Below, one piece after another: positions 24,621 to 38,804 of a stretch of 64,000 nt of DNA; position 1 is the stretch's first letter, and each line of letters opens with the position of its first letter. Source of the DNA: Mobula birostris (Eukaryota); the NCBI RefSeq assembly GCF_030028105.1, contig NC_092398.1, positions 28,490,424 to 28,554,423 of the forward strand, read 5' to 3'. The notes below the pieces were generated by a model. The model ran no database searches. It was given only the letters and a program-made list of their open reading frames with translations, and had not been told where the DNA came from. Position numbers and translations under genes: made by a program.

Positions 24621-25559
24621 GGAGATAGCTCAGGTGAACGCAGAGTGGATTCGATAGGATTTGATACTGTGTTCATCACAGATGTGCTGAGCTGTACGGC
24701 TGTTCCTAAACTATTACATGCTCTAGCTCAGATGTCAAACAGAGACTCCATTTGCTCTCTTGTTGGTTAGTATGACCGAATCTCCAAAATGTCCCGGGAC
24801 AGACATTTAGAGTTCAATGATGAGAAATGAAACATTTTCCTGTCTTTCTCACTCTACACACTGGGGGTACCTCCAGGGACGTGCCAAAAGCCCCGTTTCC
24901 CACATTGCAACACTTCGAAATTAATTACTTGCTCTGAAGCATTTTGGGACTTCCGAAACTAAAAAAAGAGCATCTCACGGTATCACAAGGTTTATTTCTC
25001 ACTGCTGTCTACTCTGTGGAGGTACAGGAGCCTTAGGTGCCACACGACCAGGTTCAGGAACAGTAAGGACTTCAAACATCAGGCTCCTGAACTGGCCTGG
25101 CTAACTTCTCTCACCCCAACACTGAACTGATTCCACAACCCATGGACTCCCTTTCAACTCATGTTCTCAGTATTATTTATTTATTACAATTATTATTTGA
25201 TTTCTTAATATTTGCTCAGTTTGTCTTCTTTTGCACAAGGAGTGTCAGTTCTTGTGACTGGTTTTTCATTGATTCTACTGTATTTCTTTGTTCTACTGCG
25301 AATGTCTGCAGAAAAATGAATCTCTGGGTAGTATCTGGTGACATATACATGCTAAATAATAAATTTATTTTGAACTTTGGTCAGTACTTTACCCTGGGGA
25401 ACTTTACTGTAATTCTAATGGAGTCATAGAATCATAAAGACAGAGAGACATAGAGCATAGAAACGGGCCGTTTGGCTCGACTGGTCCAGGCTGGTGTTGC
25501 CCCATCCAAGTCAGTCACGTTTGCCAGCGTTTGGCCAGTAAGCTTCTAAACATTTCCAT

Positions 25560-25870
25560 TTTTTTTGGTGTGTGCTGTGTGCGTGCGAGTCTGCGTGTCC
25601 GTGCGTGCATCCGTGATGATGGATTTTTCATGGATTTTGCAAGGTGCGGAGCGAGAGAGAGAGAGAGAGAGAGTCTGTGTGGCGCGCCACTCCTCACACA
25701 GGACATTTTTCGCGGTATTTTTCCCTTTACTTTCTGAGGTCAAGTTGTGATCTCGACACTCAACCCGGCATGGATGGACGTGTACTCGGGATCGGACCCG
25801 ACTAGTTTCGAAGCCGGGAACCTCCGCTCCAGGGTCCGGAGTCGATGTCGTTCCGCCACCAGCCAGCCCG
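25560..25870 (-). mobile_element. tRNA-derived SINE with (GA)n interior
   Basis: Revcomp head gctggctggtggcggaacg...ggcttcgaaac; imperfect flanking repeats cttctaaacatttcc / cttctcaacttttcc. Confidence 0.6.
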
Positions 25871-28800
25871 CTTCTCAACTTTTCCAATCCATCGACCCAT
25901 CCAACTGTCTTTTAACAGTTGTTATTGCTCGTTCCTTACCCATTCCCTCTGGCAGCTCGTGCCACACATACTGTGTTCCACACTCTGCGTTGTAAAGTCT
26001 CCCGGCGAGCTCCTTTCAAATCCCTTGAGCCCATGTTTGTGTGGGCAGGGAGGAGATGCGTCTCTGCCAAAGGAGGTGTAGGGTTCTCCTTCCCTCTGCC
26101 AGTCTGCAGGTCACCCTTGGGCAAGGTGGAGCATCTGCTGAGCCCCCTGATCAGGGTCACTTGAAGACATGGGAGCAGGTGGTGGATGGTCGTACGAGCA
26201 GCCGAAGCAGACCACAAGTCCTGGTCCTGGTTATGTGACCACTGACACCAGGCAGACAATTTCTGAAGAGTATTGATAATGGCTGGGGTCACCTGTCTTG
26301 TAAAGACACTGCCCAGAAGGCAGCAATGGAAAACCATTCCTGTAGAAAAATTTGCCAAGAACGATCATGGTCTGTGATCGCCCACGTCATACGACAAGGC
26401 GCATATGATCACGGTGATGAAACCCACACACCTTATGTTCTGAACCCTCCACCCCAGAAAAAAGACTGAATACATTTGCCTGAGCCAGCCCAACGTCTCT
26501 CCATAACTTAGACCCCAACATGCATCAGAATCAAGTCACTGGCCCATTGAGTCTGCTGTTCAGCACAAAGCACGCAAAGTGCTGGAGGAACCCAGCAGGT
26601 CAGCTAACAGCTGTGGAGGTGAATGAACAGACGATGCTTTGGGCTGAGACCCTTCATCGGGGCTGGAAAGGGAATGGAGGAGAACCAGCATAAGAAGGTC
26701 GTTGGAGGGGGTGGAATAGAAGCCGGCAGGTGACAGGTGAGACCAGGTGGGGGGGGGTGGAGGTGCTGGATGCAACTCAGCCCATCACAGGAAAATCCCT
26801 CCCCAGCACTGAGCACATCTGCAAAGAGCACATCCATCGTCAAGGACCCTCGCCACACAGACCATGCTCTCTACTCACTGCTGCCATCGGGAAGGAGGTA
26901 CAGGAGCCTCAGGTCCCACGCCACCAGGTTCAGGAAGAGTTATTACCTTTTAGCCACCAAGAACCGGTGAGGAAAATTCACTCACCCCAACACTGAACTG
27001 ATTCCAAAACCTATAGACTTACTTATGAGGACTCTACGACTCATGTTCTCAGTGTTATTTACTTACTTTTTATTTGTACAATTTATCTTCTTTTGCACAT
27101 TGGTTATTTGTCTGTCTTTGCTTATGTATAGTTTTTCTATTGCATTTCTTCTCGCTCCTGCAAATGCCTGCAAGAAAATGAATCCGAGTATGGTATCCGG
27201 AAACAAATGTGTACTTCGATAATAAACTTATGTCCAACTTTGACCCGTCTCCAAATCTCGCCCCCATCGTCCGCAGACGCAGACCCAGGTGACACCAGCG
27301 CACCCCTGTACGGTTTCAACAGGGGTGATTGTTGCTGACTGCGGCTCAGAGGGAAAACAAGGGTGGTGGTGTGAACCTGGGCTTCTGAGACGTACTGCCA
27401 GGCGGCGCCCTCAACTTGGAACGGCTACGATAAAGGATCCTTCAGTGACTCTCTCTCCTGTCCTCCACCTGAGGGAGCTGCGCGGAGCTCTGCCAGCTGC
27501 CCGGCACACCGGACTCCGCACCCTTGTCTCCACTAGGAGACTGATGGTGGTGTTCGGCTTCACTGGAACTCTGCGGTCCTCCATCCCCTCCAATTCCACA
27601 CCAAGCGGGGGCCTCAATTCACTTCTTCTGGAAGGGAAAATATCTCATCCCTCAGAAATACCCCTTGTGTCCCTAATGAACGTGGAAGATCACAGCACAG
27701 TGCAGGCCTTCCAGCCCACAAAGTTTACTACCAGTACAGGCCTTTCGGCCCACAATGTTGTGCTATCATTTTAACCAACTCTAAGATCAATCTAACCCTC
27801 CCTTTCTATGTAGCCCTCCATTTTCTATCATCTATTTGCCCATCTAAGTATCTGTTAAATGTCTAATGTATCTCCCTCTACCACCACCGTTCGAAGTGCA
27901 TTCCACTACCCACACCCCTCCGTATAAAAAATCTACCCCTTACATCACCCCCTAAACTTTCCTCCAGTCACCAGCCGATGGACGTCCTCAAGTGCTGGCT
28001 GTCGTCCTGGGAAACTCCTCTGCCTCTTATCATCTTGTACACCTCTATCAGGTCACCTCTCATCCTCCTTTGCTTCAAAGTGAAAAGCCCCACTTTGCTC
28101 AACCTATCCTGATAAGACATCCCTCAAATCCAGGCAGCACACTGGTAGATACCTGCTGCACCCTCTCTGAAGCTTCCACATCCTTCCTAGAATGAGGCGA
28201 CCAACATAAGACCCCAGGGAGTTTTATAGAGCTGCAACATTACCTCGTTACTCTTGAACTCAATCCCCTGTCCAATGAAAGCCAACTCACCATACACCTT
28301 CTTAAGAACCTGATCGACTTGTGCAGCAACTTTGAGGGATCTGTGGACGTGGATCCCGAGTTCCCACTGTCCCTCCAACAGCTCAGAATCCAACCACTGA
28401 CTCTGCACTCTGCCTTCAAATCCGACTTTCCGAAGTGAATCACTTCACACTTTTCCGGCTTGATCTCCATCTGCCACCGTTCAGCCCGGCTCTTCGTCCT
28501 GTCGATGTCCCGTTGTAACCAACGGCAACCTTCCCCGCTGTCCACAACTCCACCAACCTCTGTGTCATCTACAAATTTACAAACCCCACCCTTCCACACT
28601 TAATTTCCTTGGAGTCGGAAACATGATAAGGTCTGCAGACGTTGGAAATCCAGAGCAACTCACACAAAATGCTGGAGGAACTCAGCAGGTCAGGCAGCAT
28701 CTATGGAAATTAATAAACTGTCAATGTTTTGGGCCGAGACCCTCCTTCAGGCCTGGAAAGGAAGGGGGAAGAATGCAGAATAAAAAAAAAGGTGGGCAGG

Positions 28801-29842
28801 GAAGGGGAGGAGGTGATAGGGAGCCAGGTGGGTAGAAAAGGTGAAAGGCTGGAATCTTATGCAATCATACACAATTATGAAAGGGAGAGGGAGAGAAGCT
28901 GACAGAGGAAGTTGTACATGAAGATGAGATTATGAAAGGAATATGTAAAGACAGAGACAGGAAAGTTCGTTCCACTGGTGAGTGAGACTAAAACTGGATT
29001 TTGGACTGAGATGAGGAGGAACTGCTTCTCACAGATATTAGTGAAGCTGTGGAATTTTCTGCCAAGTGAAGCAGTAGAGGCCACCTCACTAATTTACACT
29101 CAATTGACACTTTATTGGGCACACTGGTACACCTGCTTGTTAATGTAAATATCTAATCAGCCAATCATGTGGCAGCAACTCAATACATAAAAGCGTGCAG
29201 ACACGGGCAAAAGGTTCAGTTGTTGTTCAAACCAAACAACGGGATGGGGAAGGAACAGGATCTAACTAACTTTGACTGTGGAATGATTGTTGGTGCCAGA
29301 CGGGGTGGTTTGAGTACCTCAGTAGCTACTGATCTCCTGGGATTTTCATGCACAACAACCTCTAGAGTTTACAGAGAATGGTGCAAGAAACAAAATGCAT
29401 CCAGTAAGCGGCAGTTCTGTGGGTGAAAACGCTTTGTTAATGAGAGAGGTCAGAGGAGAATGGCCAGACTGGTTCAAACTGACAGGAAGGTGACAGTAAC
29501 TCAAATAACCACACGTTACAACAGTGGTGTGCAGAGGAGCATCTCTGAATGCACAACACGTCAAACCTTAAAATGGATGGGCTACAGCAGCAGAAGACCA
29601 TGAACATACACTCAGTGGCCACTTTAAGTACCCAGCTGCGTGTATAAATTTATGAAAGGCAGGGGCAAAAAAAAAGAGACAGGAAAATTGTAGGTGAGAC
29701 GAGAACTAAGAGACATAGCCTCGACATTCTGGGGTATCGATTTAGGAGGGAGATGAGGAGAAATTGTTTTTTTTCCCCAGAGGTTTGTGAATCTGTCCGG
29801 GTGCTTCCTCCCCATTTCAAAGGCATATGGGTTAGTAGTGTG

Positions 29843-30125
29843 TGGCACGTGGCCAAGTGGTTAGGGTGTTGGACTAGCAATCTGAAGGTCATGGGTTCGA
29901 GCCTCGGCTGAGGCAGAGTGTGTGTCCTTGAGCAAGGCACTTAACCACACAATGCTCCAGTCTACCCAGCTGAGAATAGGTACCGGCAAAAATGCTGGAG
30001 CTTAACCTCGCGATAGACTGGCGTCTATCTGGGCGGGGGGAGTCTCGGATCCTCAGTCGCTTCACGCCATGGAAACCGGCATAAACACTGGCCTGATAGG
30101 CCACAAGGCTCGTGATGGACTTTAA
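29843..30125 (+). mobile_element. tRNA-head SINE with Nin-like central domain
   Basis: Same head as the 6161 and 39750 copies, then ctacccagctgagaataggtaccggc...cctcgcgatagactggcgtc...agtcgcttcacgccatggaaaccggcataa, which resembles the Nin/Meta-type SINE domain as recalled. Confidence 0.65.
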
Positions 30126-31399
30126 TCTAAAAAAAAGGGTTAGTAGGATAATTGGTCACCTGGGTATAATTGGGTGGGACGGACTCGATGGCCAGAAGGG
30201 GCTATTAACTGTGTTGTACCCCTAAATACAAATTAAATAAAAAAATAAGTTCTCATGAAGGAATGCTGTCGATGGGCAAGCTCCAAGTACAGGAGATGGA
30301 GGAACTCGGCAGGTCGGGCAGTGTCTGTGGAGGGAGATGGCCAGTCGGCGTTTTGGACCCAGACGCTTCACCAGGACTGCCTCGTTCATCTCCATAGATG
30401 CTGCCCGACCTACTGAGATCCCCCGGCGCCTTGCGCGTCACTCCAGATTCCAGCGTTCGTAAACAGACACGGTTCCCCGTGGTCGGCAAAGTCAGGAGGC
30501 ACGTGACCCAGGAAAGCTGGGCTTTGAGGAAGCAGAAGTGGCTTGCCCACAGAGGGAAGTGGGTGGCAGTATTCTGCCTGGAGGTCGGTGACTAGAGAGC
30601 GGTGTACCGCAGAGATCTGTTCTGAGCTTGCTGATTTTTATAAACAACTTGCATGGGGAAGTGGAAGGTTTGGGTGACTAAGATTGCAGATGACTTGAAG
30701 GTTGGTGGAGTTGTGGACAGTGTAGAAGCCAAAGGTTTTTTCGCCAGGGTGGAAGTAGCTAATATGGGGGGGTGGGTGGCATAATTTTAAATCGATTGCT
30801 AGAAAGTATAGAGGGATGACAGAGGCAGGTTTTTTACACAGAGAGTAGATGGTGAGCGGAAGGCAGGGGTGGTAGTGGAGGCAAATACCTGAGGGGCATT
30901 TAAGAAACATTTAGGTAGGCACACAGTTGATAGAGTAATAGAGGGCTATGTGTTAGATTGATATTAGAGTAGGTTAATGGGTCAGCACCACATTGTGGGC
31001 TGAAGGGCCTCCACTGTGCTCTAATGGTCTATGTTTATGTTCTCATGTCCATATAGTACAGGTGTACACAGCGAGGGATACTGATGCAGTCACGGCAAAT
31101 GATTTGCGGGGAAGGACGTCAGTGGGGGATCTGTCACCGACTGGGGCCACTGAAACTCTCTCTCAAATACTTCATGAGTGATTCGATTGAGAAGGACAGC
31201 TCAGATTCATGAGGACTGGAGGGATTAAATTATGAGGAGAGATTGGATAGGCTGGAACTACTTTCCCTGCAGTGAGGGAGACTGAGGGGTCACGGAGTCA
31301 TGGCTAGGGGAACAGAACCTTCGGCCCATCACATCCACATTGACCGCGTTTCATCCTATTTGTCTCCTTGATCTTCAAGATTCAAGATTGCTGAATGCC

Positions 31400-32270
31400 A
31401 TTGAAGAGGTTACAGCGGGACATTGATAGGCTCTAAAACTGGGCTGAAAACTGGCAGATGGAGTTCAGCCCAGATAAGTGTGAGGCGATTCATTTTGGCA
31501 GGTCAAATATGATGGCAGAATATAGCATTAATGGCAAGACTCTTGGCAGTCTGGAGGATCAGAGGGATCTTGGGGTCCGAGTCCATAGAACATTCAAAGC
31601 TGCTGTGCAGGTTGACTGTGTGGTTAAGAAGGCATATGGAGCATTGGCCTTCATCAATAGTGGGACTGAGTTTAAGAGTCGAGAGGTAATGTTACAGCTA
31701 CAGGCTGACCCCACTTGGAGTACTTACTGTGCTCAATTCTGGTCGCCTTACTACAGGAAGGACGTGGAGAACATAGAAAGGGTGCAGAGAAGATTTACAA
31801 GTATGTTGCCTGAATTGGGGAGCATGCCTTATGAGAATAGGTTGAGTGAACTCGGCCTTTTTTCCTTGGAGCGACAGAGAATGAGAGGTGACCTGATAGA
31901 GGTGTCCAAGGTAATGAGAGGCACTGATGGTGTGGATAGTCAGAGGCTTTTTCCCAGGGCTGAAATGGCTAGCACGAGAGGACGTAGCTTTAAGGTGCTT
32001 GGAAGTAGGTACAGAGGAGATGTCAGGGGTAGGTATTTTTACACAGAGAGCGGTGAGTGCGTAGAATGGGCTGCCCGCGGCAGTGGTGGAGGCGGAAACA
32101 ATAAAGTCTTTTAGGAGGTTCCTGGATGGATACATGGAGCTTAGAAAAATAGAGGGCTATGGGTAAGCCTCGGTAGTTCTAAGGTAAGGGCATGTTTGGT
32201 ACAGCTTTGTGGGCCAAAGGGCTTGTATTGTGCTGTAGTTTTTCTATGTTTCTATGTTTCTAAATGAGAC
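31400..32270 (+). mobile_element. CR1 LINE 3' fragment (ORF2 C-terminus)
   Basis: ORF 31458-32114: WQMEFSPDKCEAIHFGR..RDLGV.VH..CAQFWSPYYRKD... Confidence 0.92.
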
Positions 32271-33174
32271 AAAATCAGACTCGATAGGTTGAATGGCCTA
32301 ATTTTGCTCCTGTGTCTTATGGTCTTAAGAAGGCGGAAGTTGATCCTTTCCTGATCGGTCAGGACATCAAAGGATATGGTGAGAGGGCAGGTGCATGGGG
32401 TTGAGTGGAATCCCGGATGGAATGGCAGAGCAGACTCATGGGCTGAATGGCCTAATTCTGCTCCTGCGTCTTATGGTCTTTCAGAAATAATTGTTAGCCC
32501 AGATCTGATGCAGTGCAAGAAAAACACAAAAGATAAAGAACATAAATAATTCTTTAAAATATTAATAATTAAAAATAGCGGCGCAACTCTGAACTGAACT
32601 AAACTGAAGGAGAATAGGATTGAGAGGGCAAATAAATCAGCCATGATTGAAAGGTGGAACAGACTTGGTGGGCCGAAGTTTGCTCCAATGTCTTATATAT
32701 ACTTATAAAAAGTACAAAGCAAATTTATTACCAAATTACACAGATTCCTTTTCTTGCGGGCATACTCAGTAAATCTAAGGACCGAAATAGAATCAATGGA
32801 AGACCGCACCCAACAGGGCGGACAAACGACCGATGTGCAAAGGACACGGATCTATGCAAATATAAAACAAAGAAGTAATAATAGTTAATAAAGAAGCAAT
32901 AAATATCGAGAACTGAGATGACGAGTCCTTGAAAGTAAGTCCATAGGTTGTGGGAACATTTCAGTGATGGGACGACTTGAAGTTACCCCATTTGGTTCAA
33001 GAGTGTGGAGTGTGATGATTGAGGGGTAATAGCTGTTCCTGAATCTGGTGGTTTGGGTGCTGAGCCGCCTGCACCTTCTTCCTGATGGCAGCAGTGAGAA
33101 GAGAGTGTGGACTGGCTGGTGGGGGGCCCTGATGATGGATGCTGCTTTCCTGCTACAGCCCTCTGTGTAGATGT

Positions 33175-33319
33175 NNNNNNNNNNNNNNNNNNNNNNNNNN
33201 NNNNNNNNNNNNNNNNNNNNNNNNNNNNNNNNNNNNNNNNNNNNNNNNNNNNNNNNNNNNNNNNNNNNNNNNNNNNNNNNNNNNNNNNNNNNNNNNNNNN
33301 NNNNNNNNNNNNNNNNNNN
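33175..33319. other. assembly gap (145 N)
   Basis: Run of N. Confidence 1.
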
Positions 33320-33719
33320 TTCATAGCGTACTGGATGTCAGTGATAGTAATTCTGATTCTGATTCTGAACTGATTAGACATTCTGAATTTCCCCTCCATC
33401 GCTGAGCCCAACACTGGATGGGGTCAGGTTACGAGGTTTCGCGAATGGCCTGGACCGTGGCCAAGGCGTGAACTAACAGCCCAAGATAACCTGAACAATT
33501 TTGTTGTTGTGCATGGGACAGTCATGTCACTGAAATGAGACCAGCCCACAGGCTCGAGTGTCAGAGTCTTTCCCCCGGCGATGAGAATCAGGATCAGAAT
33601 CAGGTTTAATATCACCGGCATATTTTGTGAAAATTTGTTGTTATGCAGCAGCAGTACAATGAGGTACATAGTATTTAAAACTATAAATTATAATAAGTAT
33701 GCATAAGAAATAAATTAAA

Positions 33720-36200
33720 TACGCAGTGCAGAAAGTGAGGGGAAAACACTGAGGTAGTGTTTATGGTTACAATATCCATTCAGAAATCTGATGGCGGAGG
33801 GGAAGAAGCTGTTTCTGAATCATTGAGTGGGTGCCTTCATGTTCTTGTACCTCCTCCCTGTTGGTAGCAGTGAGAAGAGGGCATGTCCTGGGTGTTGGGG
33901 GTCCTTGGTGACGGATGCCGACTTGTTGAGGTGTCACATTTAGAAGCTGTCCTGGGTGCCTGGATGCCAGAGAGGCTCGTGCCCATGATGGAGCTGGCTG
34001 AGTTTTTCCTGCTCCTGTGCAGTGGCAGCCCCACACCAGACAGTGATGCATGCTCTCCATGGTACCAGTGCAGGAATTTACGAGCGTCTGTGGCGACGTA
34101 CCTGACCTCCTCACACTCTGAATGAAATATAGCCACTGTTGTGCTTTCTCTGTAACTGTACATTGGGCCCAGGATAGATCTTTGGAGATGTTGGCACCCA
34201 GGAACTTGAAACTGCTCGCACTTTCCACTTCTGATCCCTCGATGAGAACTGGCGTGTGTTCCCTCGACTTCTCCTTCCTGAACTCCACAATCAATTCCTT
34301 GGTCTTACTGACACTGTGACCACGAACCTGCTGGGACACCACTCAACCAGCTGATCTACCCCACTCCTGTACGTCTCCTCATCACTAAGTTATACTCTGT
34401 CAGCACTAGTTGTGCTGTCGGCAAATATACAGATGGCATTTAATCTGTGCCGAGCCGCACAGTCATGGGTGCTGAGAGAGTAGAGCAGTGGGCTAAGCAC
34501 AGATCCCTGAGGTGCCCCAGTGCTGATTGTCAGTGAGGTGGAGATCCTATTTCCGATCCGCACAGACTGTGGTCTCCCAGGGAGGAGGGCAAGGATCCTT
34601 TTGCAGAGGGAGGTACAGAGGCCCAGGTTCTGGAGCTTGTTGGTTAATAGTGAGGGTATGATGGTGTTGAACGGTGAGTTGCGGTCAAAGAAGTGGCAGC
34701 TAGACGTATGCATTACTATTGTCCAGGTGGTCTAAGGCCAAGTGGAGAGCCAGTGAGATCGTATCTGATGTAGACCAATTGTGGCAATAGGCAAGTTGCA
34801 ATGGGTACAGGTCCTTGCTTAGGCAGGAGTTGATTCTAGCTATGACCAACCTCTCAAAGTACTTCATCTCTGTAGATGCGAGTGCTACTGGGCGATAGTC
34901 ACTGAAGCAGCTCACCCTATTCTTATAACCATATAACCACATAACAACTACAGCACAGAAACAGGCCATCTCGGCCCTTCTAGTCCATGCCGAACTCTTA
35001 CTCTCACCTAGGCCCACCAATCTACACTCAGCCCATAACCCTCCACTCGTTTCCTGTCCATATAGCTGTCCAATTTAACTTTAAATGACAACATCGAACC
35101 TGCCTCAACCACTTCTGCTGGAAGCTCGTTCCACACAGCTACCACTCTCTGAGTAAAGAAGTTCCCCCTCATGTTACCCCTAAACTTTTGCCCTTTAACT
35201 CTTAATTTATGTCCTTTTGTTTGAATCTCCCCCACTCTCAATGGAAAAAGCCTATCCACGTCAACTCTATCTATCCCCCCAATAATTTTAAATACCTCTA
35301 TCAAGTCCCCCCTCAACCTTCTACGTGCCAAAGAATAAAGACCCAACTTGTTCAACCTTTCTCTGTAACTTAGCTGATGAAACCCAGGTAACATTCTAGT
35401 AAATCTTCTCTGTACTGTCTATATTTTGTTGAATTCTTTCCTATAATTCTTCTTGGGCACTGGTGTGATTGTCACCCTTTTGAAGCAGGTGGAAATCTCC
35501 GACTGCGGCAGTGAGAGATTGAAGATATCCTTGAACACTCCCGCCCGTTGCCTGGGACGGGTTTTCTGTGCCTTACCAGAAACTCTGTGAGGTCTGACTC
35601 CTTCAAATATGTTCTGACGTCAGCCTCTGAACAGGGATCACAGAGTCACTGGATGCTGTGGGGATTCGCACAGGTGTAGTTTTATTCTCTCTTTCTAAAA
35701 GGCGTTGAGCTCTTCTGAGAGTGAAACATCACTGCCATTCATCATATTAAGTTTTGCTTTGTAGGAAGAAATGGCTTGCAAACCTTGCCAGAGCTAACAT
35801 GCATCTGATTCAGGCTCTAACCTCAATCGGAATTGTTTTTAACGCTCTTAAGGTAGCCTTCCGTAGTTCGTATCTGGACTTACTGTATAGTTCTGGATCA
35901 CTGGTCTTGAATGCCAGAGATCTAATCCTCAACAGACTAAGAATATCCTAGATTCCTAGATGTTGGTGATGCCAAGGAAGTTGGTTTTGAGAGTTTTATG
36001 GGGTGGGGGAGGGTGTCTCTGTCCTTCTAGGATGATTGGTGGGCTCTCTGGATGTTGCAGACCCCAGAGATTGGATGGGGGAAGGAGCCTGGCCTATACT
36101 TCGAGATCCAGCCCAATCCGTGCCAAGTTTCCAGGATTGTTTAGCTGGAATCTGCGGCAACCTGCGGCCAATCTGTATTTAGTCCGTGGTCAGATTGTGT
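33720..36200 (-). mobile_element. long Rex1/Babar LINE remnant (RT domain), interrupted by a CR1 3' end at about 34930-35430
   Basis: [57 protein letters not shown] motifs, frameshifted. Confidence 0.85.
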
Positions 36201-36984
36201 TCAGGCTGTAGTCAGACTGTAGTCCGTCTGTGGGGAGTTTGTGCTTTGTCTGTGGTCAGACTATGGTCAGTCTGTGCTAAGTCTGTGGTCAGTCTGTGGC
36301 TGTAACGTGGCCCAGGGGATGACTGGGTTGTGACTCACACCACATCTCTTAGGCCTAAGCCAGGGTGGTACAATGCGGAGAGAGAGCTGTTGCCCACGCA
36401 ACAGGCTCCCCCTCTCCGCGCATCTGATGAATCCAAAGGAACGGCAGAGACCGATACAGTTTGGCACCAGTGGTGTCTCAGGAGTTGCCAGTCAGCGTTG
36501 ACTCAACTTTAGACTGCCTTAGGGACTCCAGTTCTGGATTTTTCTTCAGGGTTTACTCCCGAAACCTTCCCCGTGATTGGGTACAGCCACAATGCAGCAG
36601 AGGTTTGAGATCAAGGTTTTCCTTCTCCTAGATGAGCTTCCAACCACTGCAGATAAGCCCCATCTTCTTGAAGGGACTGGTTTTAAGGCACCAGTAACCC
36701 ACCTTTGCCCCTTCTCCTGTCAGTGAAACGGTTCCACTGGGCTTAGTAGCTAAGCCACACGTCAAGGCCAGGAGCTGGACTTGGTCGTCAGAGGCTGTTT
36801 GAGATGCATGTCATTGGGAGCATTTAATAGGTAGTGGGAGCTCATCCCCATTACCATTCCCAGCGATAATAAACTTAAGAAACCAATAATTTAATGAAAC
36901 ACTATATATAAACAGACAAACACCGCCAAACTAATTTGTAAAAAAGACAAATTGTATATAAAAAGATTATTGAGAACATGAGTT

Positions 36985-38804
36985 TCAATTTCAACCTTTT
37001 ACTGTTAATTAATCAGGTTAAACAACTGACTACTAAGTGGTCCCCATTGTCTCTATCATTGATTGGCCGAATCAATGCTATTAAAATGATTATTTTACCT
37101 AAATTTTTATATTTATTTCAAACAATACCAATTTTCATTCCTAAATCCTTTTTTGATACTATTGATTCTAAAATTTCCTCTTATATATGGCAAAACAAAA
37201 ATCCCAGATTAAGTAAAAAATATTTACAGAAGTCCAAGAAAGACGGTGGTTTAGCACTGCCTAACCTAAGATTTTATTATTGGGCAATTAATATTCGATA
37301 TTTAATATTTTGGACACAAGATTGGAATATAACTCCAAGCCCACATTGGGTAAACCTTGAAGGCCACTCCGTACAAGGGTTCTCTTTAGCTTCCATTTTA
37401 GGAACTTCACTTCCTTTTGTACTATCTAAATTGAATAAACAAATGGTTAATCTAATAGTTAAACATACATTGCGAATATGGTTTCAATTTCGTAAATTTT
37501 TTGGTTTGAACAAATTTATGTTATCAAGTCCTGTTATATCTAATTTCTTTTTTCAACCCTTGGTTATGGACCAAGCCTTTTTGATATGGAAAACGAAAGG
37601 TATAACGTGTTTTCACGACTTATTTCTGGATAACTGTTTCATGTCTTTTGAATAGTTATCTAAGAAATTTGATTTGCCTAGATCCCATTTTTTTAGATAT
37701 TTACAAATAAGAGATTTTTTAAATACTACGTTGTCTACCTTTTCGACTTCATATCCTACTGATATCACTGATAAAATTATAGGCTTAAATCCTCTCCAGA
37801 AGGGATTAGTAGCAGTTATCTATGATGTAATTATGAAATTACAGCCAGGTATATCTGATAAAATTAAAAATGAATGGGAAAGGGAACTTCAACTTTGTCT
37901 ACCTATAGAGAAATGGGATAAAATTTTTCAATAAATTAGTACTTCCTCTATATGTGCTAAACATACATTAATACAATTTAAAGAAGTGCACAAAGCCCAT
38001 ATGTCTAAAGATAAATTAGCCCATTTTTATTCCCATATAAACCCTATTTGTGACAGATGTCACTCTGAGGTGGCTTCTTTAACTCATATGTTTTGGTCCT
38101 GTCCTCTCTTGGAAAATTGTTGGAAAAATATTTTTGATATTATCTCAACAGTTCTAAGTTTTGATTTACAACCCCATCCTATTATGGCAGTTTTTGGATT
38201 GACAATGGTAGAACATAGATCTTTGTCTTCTTCAGACTGTCAGATGATAGCATTGGTTACTTTAACGGCCAGAAGGTCTATTTTATTGAACTGGAAGGAA
38301 ACCAACCCTCCCACTACATTCCAATGGTTTTCCCAAACTATATCCTGTTTAAATGTAGAAAAAATTAGAAGTGATATTTTTGATCCTTCGGTTAAATTTG
38401 AAGAAACTTGGAAACCTTTTATGCAACATTTTCATATGATGTAATTTGACCTTTCCGAATCTTCTGTATTAACTTAAAATATATGAATAGGGGAGTGGAG
38501 TTGACGACATTACTGAACGTGTTCGATTTAAGATATTGGTCTAGTCTTGTTTTGTTCTGTTTGATTTTTTTTGGGTTTAGTATTTAGTTTCTTTTTTTTG
38601 GGGGGGGGTTTCTTTGTATATATATTTTTTTCTTTTTATTTCTTTTTCTCCTTTATGATTAATTTCATCATGAGTTTGGAAGTCTATAATACCTATGTTA
38701 TTTGAAATCTTTTTTATATATGTTTATTAATAATAAGATTACTCTAATCTCTTTGTAGCAACATTGTTATTGTGTTTATAATTTTGAGAATTAATAAAAA
38801 GATT
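36985..38804 (+). mobile_element. 5'-truncated L1-clade LINE with a 26-bp flanking direct repeat
   Basis: GRINAIKMIILPKFLYLFQ...GGLALPNLRFYYWA and C-terminal CDRC..SLTHMFWSC zinc knuckle. TAAAAAGATTATTGAGAACATGAGTT at 36959-36984 and 38805-38830. Confidence 0.95.

Noticed and set aside
33400-33570. Short unique segment after gap 2 as an exon
   Set aside because: No frame with both credible splice sites and a recognisable product on either strand.
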